A stretch of 64,000 nt of DNA from assembly GCA_963668315.1 (NCBI GenBank), contig OY764216.1, positions 3,072,001 through 3,136,000 on the forward strand, given 5' to 3'. Position numbers and translations under genes: made by a program. Of the stretch, positions 10,190-21,509 are shown one piece after another. The notes under the pieces were generated by a model. That model did not search any database. It was not told where the DNA came from and worked only from the letters and a program-made list of their open reading frames with translations. The DNA comes from Spirochaetia bacterium (GTDB lineage Bacteria; Spirochaetota; Spirochaetia; DSM-2461). The first letter of the stretch is position 1. Every line of letters starts with the position of its first letter.

Positions 10190-11423
10190 ATATCTTGCGA
10201 TTTTCCTATTGATTCTCCTTTTTGCAGGATGCCGTACGTGGGCCCCTCCGGGGGATTCAAACCGACTGACCGCAGATGCCGGTTACGAAGGGGAGGGACA
10301 GTCGGATGAGGCTGATCCCCCTTCCTCCTTTGATGGGGGCCGGGACGAAGACCTGGGGCCCGACTGGCTGATCCTGGCTCAGGAAGCCTGGTTTACTCTT
10401 CATGACAGGGATCAGACCGATTACTGCCTGGACCGTGTCGATAAAATGAGTCTGGAAATTGACGACCGCCGCATGCTTTATCAGCTGCTCTGCCGCCTGG
10501 TTTATACCTCAATGATTCCCTTGGATGAGCTGGGGTTTCCCGACCGGAATATCTCCGCTCTCTATGTCGACGGGGACGATCTCTGGATGGGGACATGGAC
10601 AGGAGGAATCGCCCGCTATTCCATCCCCCTGGAAGAAATCACCGTTTTAAGGGATTCGACCGAAAGTCTGCGGGTCGAGAAAATCTCTGATTTTGAGAAA
10701 AGGGACGGTGATCTCCTTATCGCCGGTTATTCCGATTTATACCGCTATGAAAAACGCTCTTCCCTGTTTGAACGATCTTTTCCCGAAGAGATGGAACGGG
10801 TTAATAACCTGGCTCGGTTCAAGGGAAAGCTCTATGCCTCCACCGTCAACAAAGGCCTGTGGGTGGAGAACGGCAGAGGCGGCTGGAGCCGCGTAGGAAC
10901 AAATATTCCCGGTTTGAACCGCATCAATACGCTTATGGCGGATAATCGGAACTGTCTTCTTATCGGGACGGCTTCCGACGGGGTCCTCAGTTTTGACGGC
11001 CGCAATTTTACCAATCTCAGGACTTTATACCCCTCCTTTACGGGCCGGAACATAACTTCTCTCTCCGAGGAGGATGATATTCTTCTGGCGGGAACTTACG
11101 GCGAAGGGTGCTATGTGCTGGACCGTTCCCGCGGTGATCTGCGGTATTCTTCGGTGGACGGGGGGGACTTCTCCTCCAACTACGTTCTCTGCACCTACAT
11201 CGGCGGAAGGTGGCTCTTTGCCGGTACACTGGGCGGTGGACTATATGCTCTGGACCGGAGCAACTGGGGCCGGGACGCGGAATGGATCCCCCTGGGACTG
11301 GGGGAGGGCCTGAAATCTCTGGACGCCGCTGCCCTGACGGTTTTTGGAAACTACCTCTATGTGTCTCTCCTGGGGCAGGGGATATTACTGATAGATGAGG
11401 AAATCATTGAAAAGGCGATATAA
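10182..11423 (+). CDS. Beta-propeller lipoprotein (start revised to GTG 10182)
   Basis: Signal VYKYLAIFLLILLFAG|C; repeated LWMGTWTGG / LLIGTASDG / LLAGTYGEG / LFAGTLGGG blades. Confidence 0.7.
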   Translation: MYKYLAIFLLILLFAGCRTWAPPGDSNRLTADAGYEGEGQSDEADPPSSFDGGRDEDLGPDWLILAQEAWFTLHDRDQTDYCLDRVDKMSLEIDDRRMLYQLLCRLVYTSMIPLDELGFPDRNISALYVDGDDLWMGTWTGGIARYSIPLEEITVLRDSTESLRVEKISDFEKRDGDLLIAGYSDLYRYEKRSSLFERSFPEEMERVNNLARFKGKLYASTVNKGLWVENGRGGWSRVGTNIPGLNRINTLMADNRNCLLIGTASDGVLSFDGRNFTNLRTLYPSFTGRNITSLSEEDDILLAGTYGEGCYVLDRSRGDLRYSSVDGGDFSSNYVLCTYIGGRWLFAGTLGGGLYALDRSNWGRDAEWIPLGLGEGLKSLDAAALTVFGNYLYVSLLGQGILLIDEEIIEKAI

Positions 11424-12687
11424 AACCATCTATCTCTATCTAACCAGGGAATTCCTTTTTTCCTTCCTGGTCTCCTTCCTCTTTTTCTTTATCATTTTTT
11501 TCGTTAACCAGATTCTTCTTCTGGCGGAGAGAATCCTCTCAAACCGAATTCCGATCAAGTATGTACTGCAGCTTATCGTCTGTACTTTTCCGTCTATTCT
11601 TGCCCTCTCCTTTCCCTTCGCCACCCTGGTGGGGGCCCTTATGGCGCTGGGCAGCCTCTCTTCCCAGAAGGAAATCCTTGCCATGGAATGCGCGGGCATT
11701 TCGATGAAAACCCTGTCGCGGCCCCTGATCGCCGTGGGAATCGTTTTCTGTTTCATCTCTTTCTACATCAACGATTATCTCCTGCCTCTCGGGGCTGTCC
11801 ATTACCGACGGATCAGCCGGGAAATCTTTACGGTCATGCCCTCTCTGGAACTCGAACCCTATTCCGTCAAATTTATTGATAATAAAATCGTGGTCACTTC
11901 CGAGGTGAAGGACAATCATTTCGGCCCGATACTCATCATTGAAAACGGCCGGCAGAATGAAAGGACGCTTATACTCTCACCGTCGGGATATTTTGAGAAT
12001 CATCCGGAGAAACTGGGGAATTTTTCCATTATTATGGACGATGTGGAAGAGCATAGTGTTGATAACAGAGATCGAATGACTCAGACATATACCAGAGCCG
12101 ATCATCTTTCCATGAATTTCCTATTCAGTTCTCTCGGCGGATTGTCCACCCTCTCTCCCCAGGAGATTCGGTCGGTCGACCTTCTGAAGCAGATCAGGGA
12201 GAAGCAGGAAGTGTTCGATGGGGAAGTCAGCCGATGGCAGGAACGGCTGACCAGAGCCGAAAAGGATCTGGAGGATGCCGTGACGGCCCGGGAGGAGATG
12301 ACGGAACCGAGCGAAAAGGAAAAAAGTGATTCCGATAAAAGGATAGAGAATCTCAGTTCCAATCTGGAATCCGTCAGGGAGTCACGTCCGAGAGACCGGA
12401 CGCTTGACCAGTGGAAAATGGAATTTTTTCAGAAATTCGCGATTCCCTTTTCCTGTTTTCCCTTCATGCTTATCGCCTTTCCCCTGGGTGTCGTCTCTCG
12501 GAGAAGCGGACGGGCCGTGGGGTTCATTCTCGGGCTGATTCTTGCTTTTCTCTACTGGGCTTTTCTGATCATAGGGCGGAATCTGACAATGCGGTCCGGT
12601 GTTTCTCCCTTTTTCTCCATCTGGTCGGCCAATATTCTTTTAACAGCTGTCGGTCTGATTCTATTTCGAAGGAAAACGAGAGGATAG
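11395..12687 (+). CDS. LptF/LptG (YjgP/YjgQ) family permease
   Basis: 3 TM + periplasmic domain + 3 TM; LSSQKEILAMECAGIS motif; tandem with a paralog. Confidence 0.85.
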   Translation: MRKSLKRRYKTIYLYLTREFLFSFLVSFLFFFIIFFVNQILLLAERILSNRIPIKYVLQLIVCTFPSILALSFPFATLVGALMALGSLSSQKEILAMECAGISMKTLSRPLIAVGIVFCFISFYINDYLLPLGAVHYRRISREIFTVMPSLELEPYSVKFIDNKIVVTSEVKDNHFGPILIIENGRQNERTLILSPSGYFENHPEKLGNFSIIMDDVEEHSVDNRDRMTQTYTRADHLSMNFLFSSLGGLSTLSPQEIRSVDLLKQIREKQEVFDGEVSRWQERLTRAEKDLEDAVTAREEMTEPSEKEKSDSDKRIENLSSNLESVRESRPRDRTLDQWKMEFFQKFAIPFSCFPFMLIAFPLGVVSRRSGRAVGFILGLILAFLYWAFLIIGRNLTMRSGVSPFFSIWSANILLTAVGLILFRRKTRG

Positions 12688-12691
12688 ACCT

Positions 12692-13771
12692 ATGAGAACA
12701 TTAACAAAAATGATATTCAAAGACCTCATCCCCGTTTTTCTGGTGGCACTGGTATTTTTTGTCATGGTTCTTCAGCTTCTTGATATTTTCAACAATTTGT
12801 GGAAATTTCTGAATAATGAAGTACCTCTGGCAACGGTATTCCGCATCTCCCTTCTCTATGTGCCCAAATGCGTCTCCTATGTCCTGCCCGTATCCATCCT
12901 TTTCTCCGTAACCTATACCCTGGGCAACTACTATGCCAATAACGAACTTATCGCTATTCTGAACAGCGGCATCTCTCTTTTCCGTCTCTCCCTGCCCGTA
13001 CTGCTCCTGGGGTTGTTCGTTAGTCTGGGCTCATTCCTCTTTGACCAGTATGTGGTCATAGAAACCTTCCGCCAGAAAAACGAGATGACCAGCGAACTCA
13101 CCGGAAGCCGGGTCAACTACAATAACAGCCAGGTAACCATCATGACCGAGAGGGGTGACCGCATTTATCATGCCGTATTCTACAACGATACCTCCCGGGA
13201 GCTGAGCCGTCCCATGGTGCTTGAGCGCGACGGCAGCGGAATGCTTGTAAGACGGATTGAAGCGGACAGGGCAGTCTGGGAAGGGGAGGGCTGGAAATTT
13301 CTCAATGTAAGAATATATGAGGATTTTAACGGCGAAAAGGGGCCGAAGCTCACCCAGGTGAAGGATTATACCGATCCGCTCCTGGCCGAACCTCCCGAAA
13401 CCTTCCGCAGGGACCTCCGTAACGTGGAGGAGATGACGCTGCGCGATGCCCGGGAGTGGATCCAGTCACAGATGAGGGCGGGTCTGCCCTACAAGGAGTC
13501 TTTGACCGACTATTACCGCCGTTTCTCCTTTGCCATGACCAGTTTTATCGTCACCCTCATCTCCTGCGCCCTGGGAAGCCGGTTCAAGAAGAATATCCTC
13601 CTTATGAGTCTCCTCACAAGTCTGGGACTGTCCGTAGGGTATTATATTATGCAGATGATTACCGCCCTGATGGCGACATACGGGACGGTGACACCCCTTA
13701 TGGGGGCCTGGCTGGGGTTTATTTTATTTTTTCTGGGAGGTATAATCCTCTTTCGCCATGCTCCCACCTGA
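12692..13771 (+). CDS. LptF/LptG (YjgP/YjgQ) family permease
   Basis: NNELIAILNSGIS motif; same 6-TM architecture. Confidence 0.85.
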   Translation: MRTLTKMIFKDLIPVFLVALVFFVMVLQLLDIFNNLWKFLNNEVPLATVFRISLLYVPKCVSYVLPVSILFSVTYTLGNYYANNELIAILNSGISLFRLSLPVLLLGLFVSLGSFLFDQYVVIETFRQKNEMTSELTGSRVNYNNSQVTIMTERGDRIYHAVFYNDTSRELSRPMVLERDGSGMLVRRIEADRAVWEGEGWKFLNVRIYEDFNGEKGPKLTQVKDYTDPLLAEPPETFRRDLRNVEEMTLRDAREWIQSQMRAGLPYKESLTDYYRRFSFAMTSFIVTLISCALGSRFKKNILLMSLLTSLGLSVGYYIMQMITALMATYGTVTPLMGAWLGFILFFLGGIILFRHAPT

Positions 13772-13800
13772 TGGGACTTCATCCTGCTAAGGAGAATTAA

Positions 13801-14922
<1,122 letters not shown>

Positions 14923-14923
14923 C

Positions 14924-16483
14924 TTGAAAGAGACCAGCAGGAAGGAGAGCCTCGCTTCGACCTATATCGTCATGTTCTGTACTCTGGGTACCCGTATCCT
15001 GGGATTTGTCAGGGAGGCTCTGGTTAATGCCATCTTCGGCGCCGGGAGCGAAGCGGATGTTCTGCGTACGGTTTTCCGCATCCCCAACAATATGCGCAAG
15101 CTTCTGGCCGAAGGAGCTCTTTCGTCGGCGTTCATCCCCGAACTTTCCCGTCAGCTCATCGAGGATGAATCGGGGGATAAGGCGAGAAAACTCACCGCGA
15201 GCATAATGGGGCTGCTTCTCCTCATCGTGATTCCCCTGACCCTCCTTTTTATTATTTTCCCCGGAGCGGCCATAAACCTTCTGACCCGTTTTGATGATCC
15301 GGATCAGACGGCGCTGGCGGTGAATCTGCTTCCCTATCTTATCACCTATATCCTGTTTGTCAGTATCAGCGCCCTTCTCATGGGGGTTTTGAATTCCCAT
15401 AACCGCTTTTTCGTTCCTGCCGCGACGCCCTTTCTTTTTTCCGTGGCCGTCATCAGCTCCATCCTGCTTTTTCATAAGTCTCTGGGGATATTCGCCATGG
15501 CCGTCGGCGTCATCGCCGGGGGGATCGGCCAGATCCTCTTCCAGGTGGGAACCTTCCGGAAGCTGGGCTACTCCTTGAAGCCTTCCCTGGATTTTTCCTC
15601 TCCCGAGTTCCGCCGGGTCATGAAGAAATGGGGGCCGATTCTTCTGACCTCTTCCATTTTTTCGGTAAATCAGTTTATCGCGGGATATTTTGCCACCATG
15701 CTGCCCGAGGGAAGTGTTTCCGCCCTGGATAATGCCATCGTTTTCTGGCAGCTTCCCTTCGGACTTTTCGTCAATTCCATTATCACCGTTACCTATCCGA
15801 AAATGAGCCGACAAGCAGCGAAGGGGGAGTATGACGGATTAAGGGAGACTCTCTATTACGGCTGGAACGGCCTCATGGCTCTTCTGATTCCTTCGGCGGC
15901 CGGTCTCATGCTGCTGGGAGCCCCGGTCATCTCGGTGGCTATGCAGAGGGGGGCCTTTGAAGCGGCCAATACCATCCTCGCTTCCCGCGTCCTTTTCGCC
16001 TATGGAACAGGACTTCTTTTCGTGGGCGCTTATAACTACACCCAGCGGGTCTATTATGCCCTGGGCGACTATAAAACCCCCATCATGGCTTCGCTCATCG
16101 TTGTCTCCATTGATATACTCTTTACGGTTCTCTTCCTTTTCCTCTGGCACAGGGGAGTGGAAGGATTGGCCTATGCCAACTCCCTGGCCTATCTGACAGG
16201 GATCATATTCTATATCTTTTTTCTGGCCCGCCGTATTCCCCTTAAGGGGGGGATCTCCTTAGCAAAATCGGCGGGGAAGATCGTGGTTTCCCTTGTTCCG
16301 GCCCTGCTGTGGGTACTGCTGCTGAACCGTTTTATGGGATCGGACTGGTGGATGGGGGGTAGCTCTCTTGCCGCCCTCGGAAAGCTTCTCCTTTACGGAG
16401 CGGGATTTGTCCTCATCGTTCTGGTATGCTATACTTTAACCGGTGTGGAATTTCTGTCGATAATAAGAAGAGGGAAAAAATAG
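14924..16483 (+). CDS. murJ: Lipid II flippase MurJ (MviN)
   Basis: RILGFVRE, FRIPNNMRKLLAEGALSSAFIP, QRGAF; multi-TM. Confidence 0.93.
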   Translation: MKETSRKESLASTYIVMFCTLGTRILGFVREALVNAIFGAGSEADVLRTVFRIPNNMRKLLAEGALSSAFIPELSRQLIEDESGDKARKLTASIMGLLLLIVIPLTLLFIIFPGAAINLLTRFDDPDQTALAVNLLPYLITYILFVSISALLMGVLNSHNRFFVPAATPFLFSVAVISSILLFHKSLGIFAMAVGVIAGGIGQILFQVGTFRKLGYSLKPSLDFSSPEFRRVMKKWGPILLTSSIFSVNQFIAGYFATMLPEGSVSALDNAIVFWQLPFGLFVNSIITVTYPKMSRQAAKGEYDGLRETLYYGWNGLMALLIPSAAGLMLLGAPVISVAMQRGAFEAANTILASRVLFAYGTGLLFVGAYNYTQRVYYALGDYKTPIMASLIVVSIDILFTVLFLFLWHRGVEGLAYANSLAYLTGIIFYIFFLARRIPLKGGISLAKSAGKIVVSLVPALLWVLLLNRFMGSDWWMGGSSLAALGKLLLYGAGFVLIVLVCYTLTGVEFLSIIRRGKK

Positions 16484-16499
16484 TTCCCCCGGAGTCGCC

Positions 16500-17912
16500 A
16501 TGAGAAGATTGTCCTTTCTTTTTTCTATATTTTATCTGTCTATTCTCTGTCTCACAGCTCAGGAAAAGGATCCCTATGATACAAGCGGCGCTGCCTTTGT
16601 GGGGGATAATCTCGGAAAGGATAAGGAAGAGGAAGTCCGTTCCATCCGGGATGATAGAAAGGAGATTCTTTTATACGGCATTGAATCGGAGGTGACGGAA
16701 GTCATCGGGCAGATCACCAGGGAGAAGGACGACTCCTATAATGAGGAGCTTATGTCGATTCTGGGAGAGACGGAAAATCCCAATCTTTCGGAAAGCATCT
16801 ACGGCCTTCTTTCTTCCTTCGAAGACAGCCGGGCCGAGGAGATGGCCATTAACGAACTGGAAGCCGTGCTCGATGATTACCGCTATCAGGAAAAGAGAAT
16901 TCTAGCGGCGATAACCTATCTGGGGGATATAAAAAGCGAAAAAGCCGTGGATGTCCTCTATGATCTGGCGAAAAAAGATGAACCGGGGCTGACCGGACGT
17001 GTCATCCTCAATCTGGGGAAGATTGGAGATTCCTCCCGGGCCGGAGAATTGGAAGACCTTTACGAAACCTACCAGGGGGACAGCTCGAACGATATCTCCA
17101 TGAATATCATCTCTGCCTGGGGAGATATGGCGTTCGGTCCCGCCCTGGATACGCTTCTGGAGATTATTGAGGACTCTTCCGCCTCGAATACGGAGCGGGA
17201 ATACGCCGCCGTGGCCCTGGGGAAACTGGGTGACCCTGTCGCCCTTGAACCGCTGATCACCCTCTATAACGATGAGGGCGGTGACAGCATGGTACGGGCT
17301 TTCGCCATATCCGGTCTGATGTATTTTGAAGATGACAGTGTGGAGGATCTGCTGCTCCAGGCATTAAAGAGAGACTCCTACTGGAAAATCCGTGTCACGG
17401 CCTGCGAGGGGCTGGCCCGTATGAAATCTGAGAAAGCCGTGGAAATCCTGGATTTCAAATTGCGCCGCGATTCGGAGAACAATGTGAGAAAAGCCGCCGC
17501 CAGGGCCCTGGGGGAGTACGGAGGCGGGCCGGCGGGAGAAATCCTCATCGACTATTTCCAGAATGAGAGCAATTCCGCTGAAATCCGCCTGGAAGTCCTC
17601 AAGGTTCTGCTGAATAAAAAAATCGACCGGACCGTGAATGCTCTGGAGGAGGTCATGGCTCTTCACTGGGATAAGAAGGATGCACAGCTTGAGTTTATGA
17701 AACGATGCTGTCAGGAGGCTTCCGTGACGGAGTGGTCCGATCTTTCCCGGCTTTTCAGGAGAATGCTGAGCCATGGGGACAACTACATACAGATATACGG
17801 AATTCGGGGGATACGTCTTAACGGTCTGGATTCCCTTTACGGCGATGTGAAGAATCTTGACAGGGACGAAGTGAACGGACTGGTCAGGAGGGAAGCAAAA
17901 TCTCTGGAATAA
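16500..17912 (+). CDS. Secreted HEAT/PBS-lyase repeat protein
   Basis: Signal peptide; repeats REYAAVALGKLGD, VRKAAARALGE, IRVTACEGLA. Confidence 0.8.
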   Translation: MRRLSFLFSIFYLSILCLTAQEKDPYDTSGAAFVGDNLGKDKEEEVRSIRDDRKEILLYGIESEVTEVIGQITREKDDSYNEELMSILGETENPNLSESIYGLLSSFEDSRAEEMAINELEAVLDDYRYQEKRILAAITYLGDIKSEKAVDVLYDLAKKDEPGLTGRVILNLGKIGDSSRAGELEDLYETYQGDSSNDISMNIISAWGDMAFGPALDTLLEIIEDSSASNTEREYAAVALGKLGDPVALEPLITLYNDEGGDSMVRAFAISGLMYFEDDSVEDLLLQALKRDSYWKIRVTACEGLARMKSEKAVEILDFKLRRDSENNVRKAAARALGEYGGGPAGEILIDYFQNESNSAEIRLEVLKVLLNKKIDRTVNALEEVMALHWDKKDAQLEFMKRCCQEASVTEWSDLSRLFRRMLSHGDNYIQIYGIRGIRLNGLDSLYGDVKNLDRDEVNGLVRREAKSLE

Positions 17913-19252
17913 TAACAGCCGGCGACAGACCGCGGGCTCTTCTGATCAATCCGCCTATCTATGATTTTGCCTATTATGATCTCTTTTCCAAACCTTTGGG
18001 GCTGCTCCGTCTGGGGGCCTGGCTGAAGAAGGGCGGATGGGAAACGGTTCATGTAAATGCCCTTGATCCCCATGACAGGGACTCGGTGGAGACCCTGGGA
18101 CCGGTGAAAAGGAAAGCGAACGGTACGGGAAAGATTTTCCGTCAGACCCGGAAATGGCCCGAAGAACGGATCCCTTTGGGAAGCAGACGCTATGCCCGCT
18201 ACGGCATTACCGAGGATTCCCTGTCCAGAAAAATCGCCTCAACCAGGCCGGATCTTATTCTGATCACTTCGGGAATGACATACTGGTATGAAGGAGTCAG
18301 GGAGTCGGTTGAACACTGCCGCCGTATTCATCCGGGCGTTCCCATCGCCGTGGGGGGAATTTATGCGACTCTGATGGAAGAGCATTGCCGCAGAGTCTGT
18401 CAGCCCGATTATGTGCTGACCGGGGAAGGGGAGCAGGCCGTGAGGACCTCTCTGGGGGCACTTTTCCCCCTGCCGGAGGCGCCCCTGACCTGCGAGGCGG
18501 ACTGGGATGATCCCGTCTGGAAGGACAGCGCCGTTATCAGGCTGAACCGTGGGTGTCCGATGAAATGCGAGTACTGTGCATCCCGTCTTCTTGAACCGAG
18601 ATTTCTGCCAGGCGATCCTGATGCCGCCTTCCAGCAGGTTAAATACCTTTATGAAAAGTGGGGAACGGGTAGTTTCGCTTTTTATGATGATGCGCTGCTC
18701 GTACACAGTGACCGGCTGATTAAGCCTTTTCTGGAGAAGATTCTCAACTGGGGGGGGCAGGTCTCTTTTTTTCTTCCCAATGCCGTTCATGCCCGATTCA
18801 TTGACGGGGAGCTTCTGGAATTGATGGCCCGTACGGGCTTTCGCGAAATACGGATGGGTTATGAAAGCTCTTCCGATGATTTTCATGCCCGCCATGACGG
18901 GAAAATCGACCGGGATGTCTTTGAACACACCATAGAACGAATCAAAAAATCCACCTTTCCCCTGGAAAACTGTGCCGCCTACGTGCTGGCCGGATTGCCC
19001 GGCCAGAGATGGGAAGACGTGGATAAGTCCGTGCGTATAGGCTCTTCCTACGGGATCCGCTGCCGTATCGCCCAGTATTCCCCCGTGCCGGGTTCGGCCC
19101 TCTGGAAGGACAGCCTGGCCTTCAGTTCCCTCCCCCTGGAGGAGGAGCCGGTCTATCATAACAGCACCTTTTTTTCCATGGAATGGGAGAAGTTTACAAG
19201 GGAAGACCTGGAAAGAATAAAAAGGCTGTCACGAGAGCTCTCTCCTTGCTGA
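17909..19252 (+). CDS. B12-binding-domain radical SAM protein (probable non-canonical start)
   Basis: GCPMKCEYC (CxxxCxxC); conserved-looking LLINPPIYDFAYYDLFSKPLGLL begins upstream of the first TTG at 17996. Confidence 0.8.
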   Translation: MITAGDRPRALLINPPIYDFAYYDLFSKPLGLLRLGAWLKKGGWETVHVNALDPHDRDSVETLGPVKRKANGTGKIFRQTRKWPEERIPLGSRRYARYGITEDSLSRKIASTRPDLILITSGMTYWYEGVRESVEHCRRIHPGVPIAVGGIYATLMEEHCRRVCQPDYVLTGEGEQAVRTSLGALFPLPEAPLTCEADWDDPVWKDSAVIRLNRGCPMKCEYCASRLLEPRFLPGDPDAAFQQVKYLYEKWGTGSFAFYDDALLVHSDRLIKPFLEKILNWGGQVSFFLPNAVHARFIDGELLELMARTGFREIRMGYESSSDDFHARHDGKIDRDVFEHTIERIKKSTFPLENCAAYVLAGLPGQRWEDVDKSVRIGSSYGIRCRIAQYSPVPGSALWKDSLAFSSLPLEEEPVYHNSTFFSMEWEKFTREDLERIKRLSRELSPC

Positions 19253-19297
19253 TTTAGCATTGTTTCTTCTTTCCAAACGTGGTAAAGTAAGGCAGAT

Positions 19298-20416
19298 ATG
19301 AGAATACGTTACGGTAGGAATGAGAAGGGAAAGCTTATCCGTCAGGCAGAGATTTATTCCCTTGATGAACATAACATATCCCGGGAACAGATTGACCGGG
19401 ATGCCAGGAAAATAATATCCCGTTTGCATTCTGTCGGCTATGAGGCCTATCTGGTCGGAGGAGCCGTTCGGGATCTTCTTCTGAATAGAAAACCTAAGGA
19501 TTTTGACATCGCCACCGATGCTACCCCCAATCAGATAAAGAGGGTATTCCGTAATTCGCGGATCATCGGGAGACGTTTTCGTCTTGTCCATATTTATTTT
19601 GCCAATGATAAGATAATCGAAGTGGCGACTTTCCGCTCCATCGATTCGGGAGAGAGGGATGAGCAGATCTTCGGAACGGTGGAAGAAGACGCTCTGAGAC
19701 GTGATTTTTCTCTGAACGCTCTTTTTTACGATCCCGATAACGAAGAGATCCTCGACTTCGTCGGCGGTGTCAAGGACATCAGGAAAGGCATCCTCAGAAG
19801 TGTCGTCCCTTTGAATGTCACCTTTGAGGAAGATCCCGTCCGGATGATCAGGGCGGTTAAGTATTCGGTCGGTACGGGAGCACGCATCCCCTATCGGTTA
19901 AAAAGAAAAATCAGGAAATCGGCGGCTCTGCTGCATGACTGTTCCATCTCCCGGATGTCCGAGGAATTGTTTAAGATCCTCAAGTCCGGTACAGCCGAGG
20001 AGTGTTTCAGGACTTTTCGTGAACTGAACCTTTTTGAAACCGTACTTCCCCAGTATTCCATTCTCATGGATGAGAAGGGCCATGATTACGAAACGAAGTT
20101 TTTCAAAGCCATGGAGGCCCTGGACAAGCAGGTGAAAGGGGGAGAGAAGAGACGCTATCACATGCTCTACCTTCTTCTGGACTCCTATCTTGAGGAAACC
20201 GGAGCATTCGACAGGGGTAAACAGACATCCTTCAAGGAAGTTATCAAGCTTTCAAAGGGCGCCTTGAAACCGCTTATCGCTCCCAACCGGGAAATTGACG
20301 AAGCGGTCAAGCAGATCCTTCGTCAAAGAAAAATCTGGAATAATCAGAAGACGACGAGAACCCGAAGCCGGAGAAGAAAGGGAAAGCAGAATACGCCTAA
20401 TCAAGAAGGCGGCTGA
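19298..20416 (+). CDS. pcnB: Poly(A) polymerase PcnB family
   Basis: VGGAVRDLL, KDFDIAT, IIGRRFRLVHI (PAP signature), RRDFSLNAL, EDPVRMIRA. Confidence 0.88.
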   Translation: MRIRYGRNEKGKLIRQAEIYSLDEHNISREQIDRDARKIISRLHSVGYEAYLVGGAVRDLLLNRKPKDFDIATDATPNQIKRVFRNSRIIGRRFRLVHIYFANDKIIEVATFRSIDSGERDEQIFGTVEEDALRRDFSLNALFYDPDNEEILDFVGGVKDIRKGILRSVVPLNVTFEEDPVRMIRAVKYSVGTGARIPYRLKRKIRKSAALLHDCSISRMSEELFKILKSGTAEECFRTFRELNLFETVLPQYSILMDEKGHDYETKFFKAMEALDKQVKGGEKRRYHMLYLLLDSYLEETGAFDRGKQTSFKEVIKLSKGALKPLIAPNREIDEAVKQILRQRKIWNNQKTTRTRSRRRKGKQNTPNQEGG

Positions 20417-21509
20417 GCTCTTCGGGTATGATTCCCTCTTTGAGGGTTTCCGCTTTTTTCAGAAGCCTTTCCGCTTCGCTCCTTTCTCCCAGCTGCCAGA
20501 GACAGAGCCCCCGGGAAAACCAGACATCCGCTTGGGGAGCCCCGGCTTCCTCGGCTTTAATAAAGTCTGAAAGGCTTTCGGTGAATAGACCGCGGTCGTA
20601 ATGGATGAGCCCGGTGTAATAATAACCGAGCCATGATTCGTTTAGATCCCTTTCATAAAGGTAGCTCAGCACCCCGTCCCGGTCGCCCTTGTCATAGAGC
20701 GACTTCAACGCGGAGTCGTCACTTTCAGGTTTAATGACGCCAGCCATGAAGGTTACGATATTCCCGTCCAAGTCCTGATCCACCGAATTGATCCATTCAC
20801 CTTTCCGTCCCGTTCTGATCATGGAGATCGTTTCCCAGAGAAGACGGCTTTCCTGTCCCGGAGCTTGAATCAGATAATTGACAAGGGCCCAGGACGATGT
20901 CTGAAAGGATCTGTTATCTACGGCTTCCTCTTCAGGAAGATTCAGGAGAGTTTCTGCAGGTATAACCTGTTCATTCCCGAGAGCCGTCCAGTCCTCATAG
21001 GCACTCCAGTTGAAGGGTATATCGGCGGTATCCCTCTCCTGGGAGGCAAATGTCTCAAAATACCTTGACAGACCGCTTTTGATCCAGAAAGGAGACTCGC
21101 TGTTGCAGGCTTCCAGATACTGGAAGAGGGCCAGCTGTATAAGAGCGACCATCGTTCTCTCCCTGTCCCCGTCATAAAAAACAATTTCCCCCTGGCCCGA
21201 CTCACCCTGTCTTACCAGAGAGTAGCAGTTCCGCTCGTCCCGGGGAGAAATCCCCAGAAAATCGCTCCATTCACCGGAAGATGAGAGTTCGGTAACATAA
21301 AGGGCCGGGAGATTTACGGAAGGCTCACCGGTGAAACGGGTGAACCGGGAATAGAGTTCTTCCATTAAAAGGCCCAGCTGTGCCGTATACTGGGGAGAGT
21401 AGGATGTCCTGATGTGATAATGCTCCGTACTGGATTCATTCAGATCTGCAGGAAATACCAGAAAGGGGAGGACTGAAAGAAAAAAGCAGAGGAGGAAGGA
21501 TTTTCTCAT
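20397..21509 (-). CDS. Secreted TPR protein with degenerate peptidase MA-like domain
   Basis: Signal peptide; PFWIKSGLSRYFE motif without an intact HExxH; C-terminal TPRs. Confidence 0.6.
   Translation of the reverse strand: MRKSFLLCFFLSVLPFLVFPADLNESSTEHYHIRTSYSPQYTAQLGLLMEELYSRFTRFTGEPSVNLPALYVTELSSSGEWSDFLGISPRDERNCYSLVRQGESGQGEIVFYDGDRERTMVALIQLALFQYLEACNSESPFWIKSGLSRYFETFASQERDTADIPFNWSAYEDWTALGNEQVIPAETLLNLPEEEAVDNRSFQTSSWALVNYLIQAPGQESRLLWETISMIRTGRKGEWINSVDQDLDGNIVTFMAGVIKPESDDSALKSLYDKGDRDGVLSYLYERDLNESWLGYYYTGLIHYDRGLFTESLSDFIKAEEAGAPQADVWFSRGLCLWQLGERSEAERLLKKAETLKEGIIPEELSRLLD

Noticed and set aside
20397..20416. Convergent 3' overlaps (pcnB/TPR gene; also 58421-58433) as antisense control
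   Set aside because: Short tail-to-tail overlaps are common in compact genomes; no further evidence.
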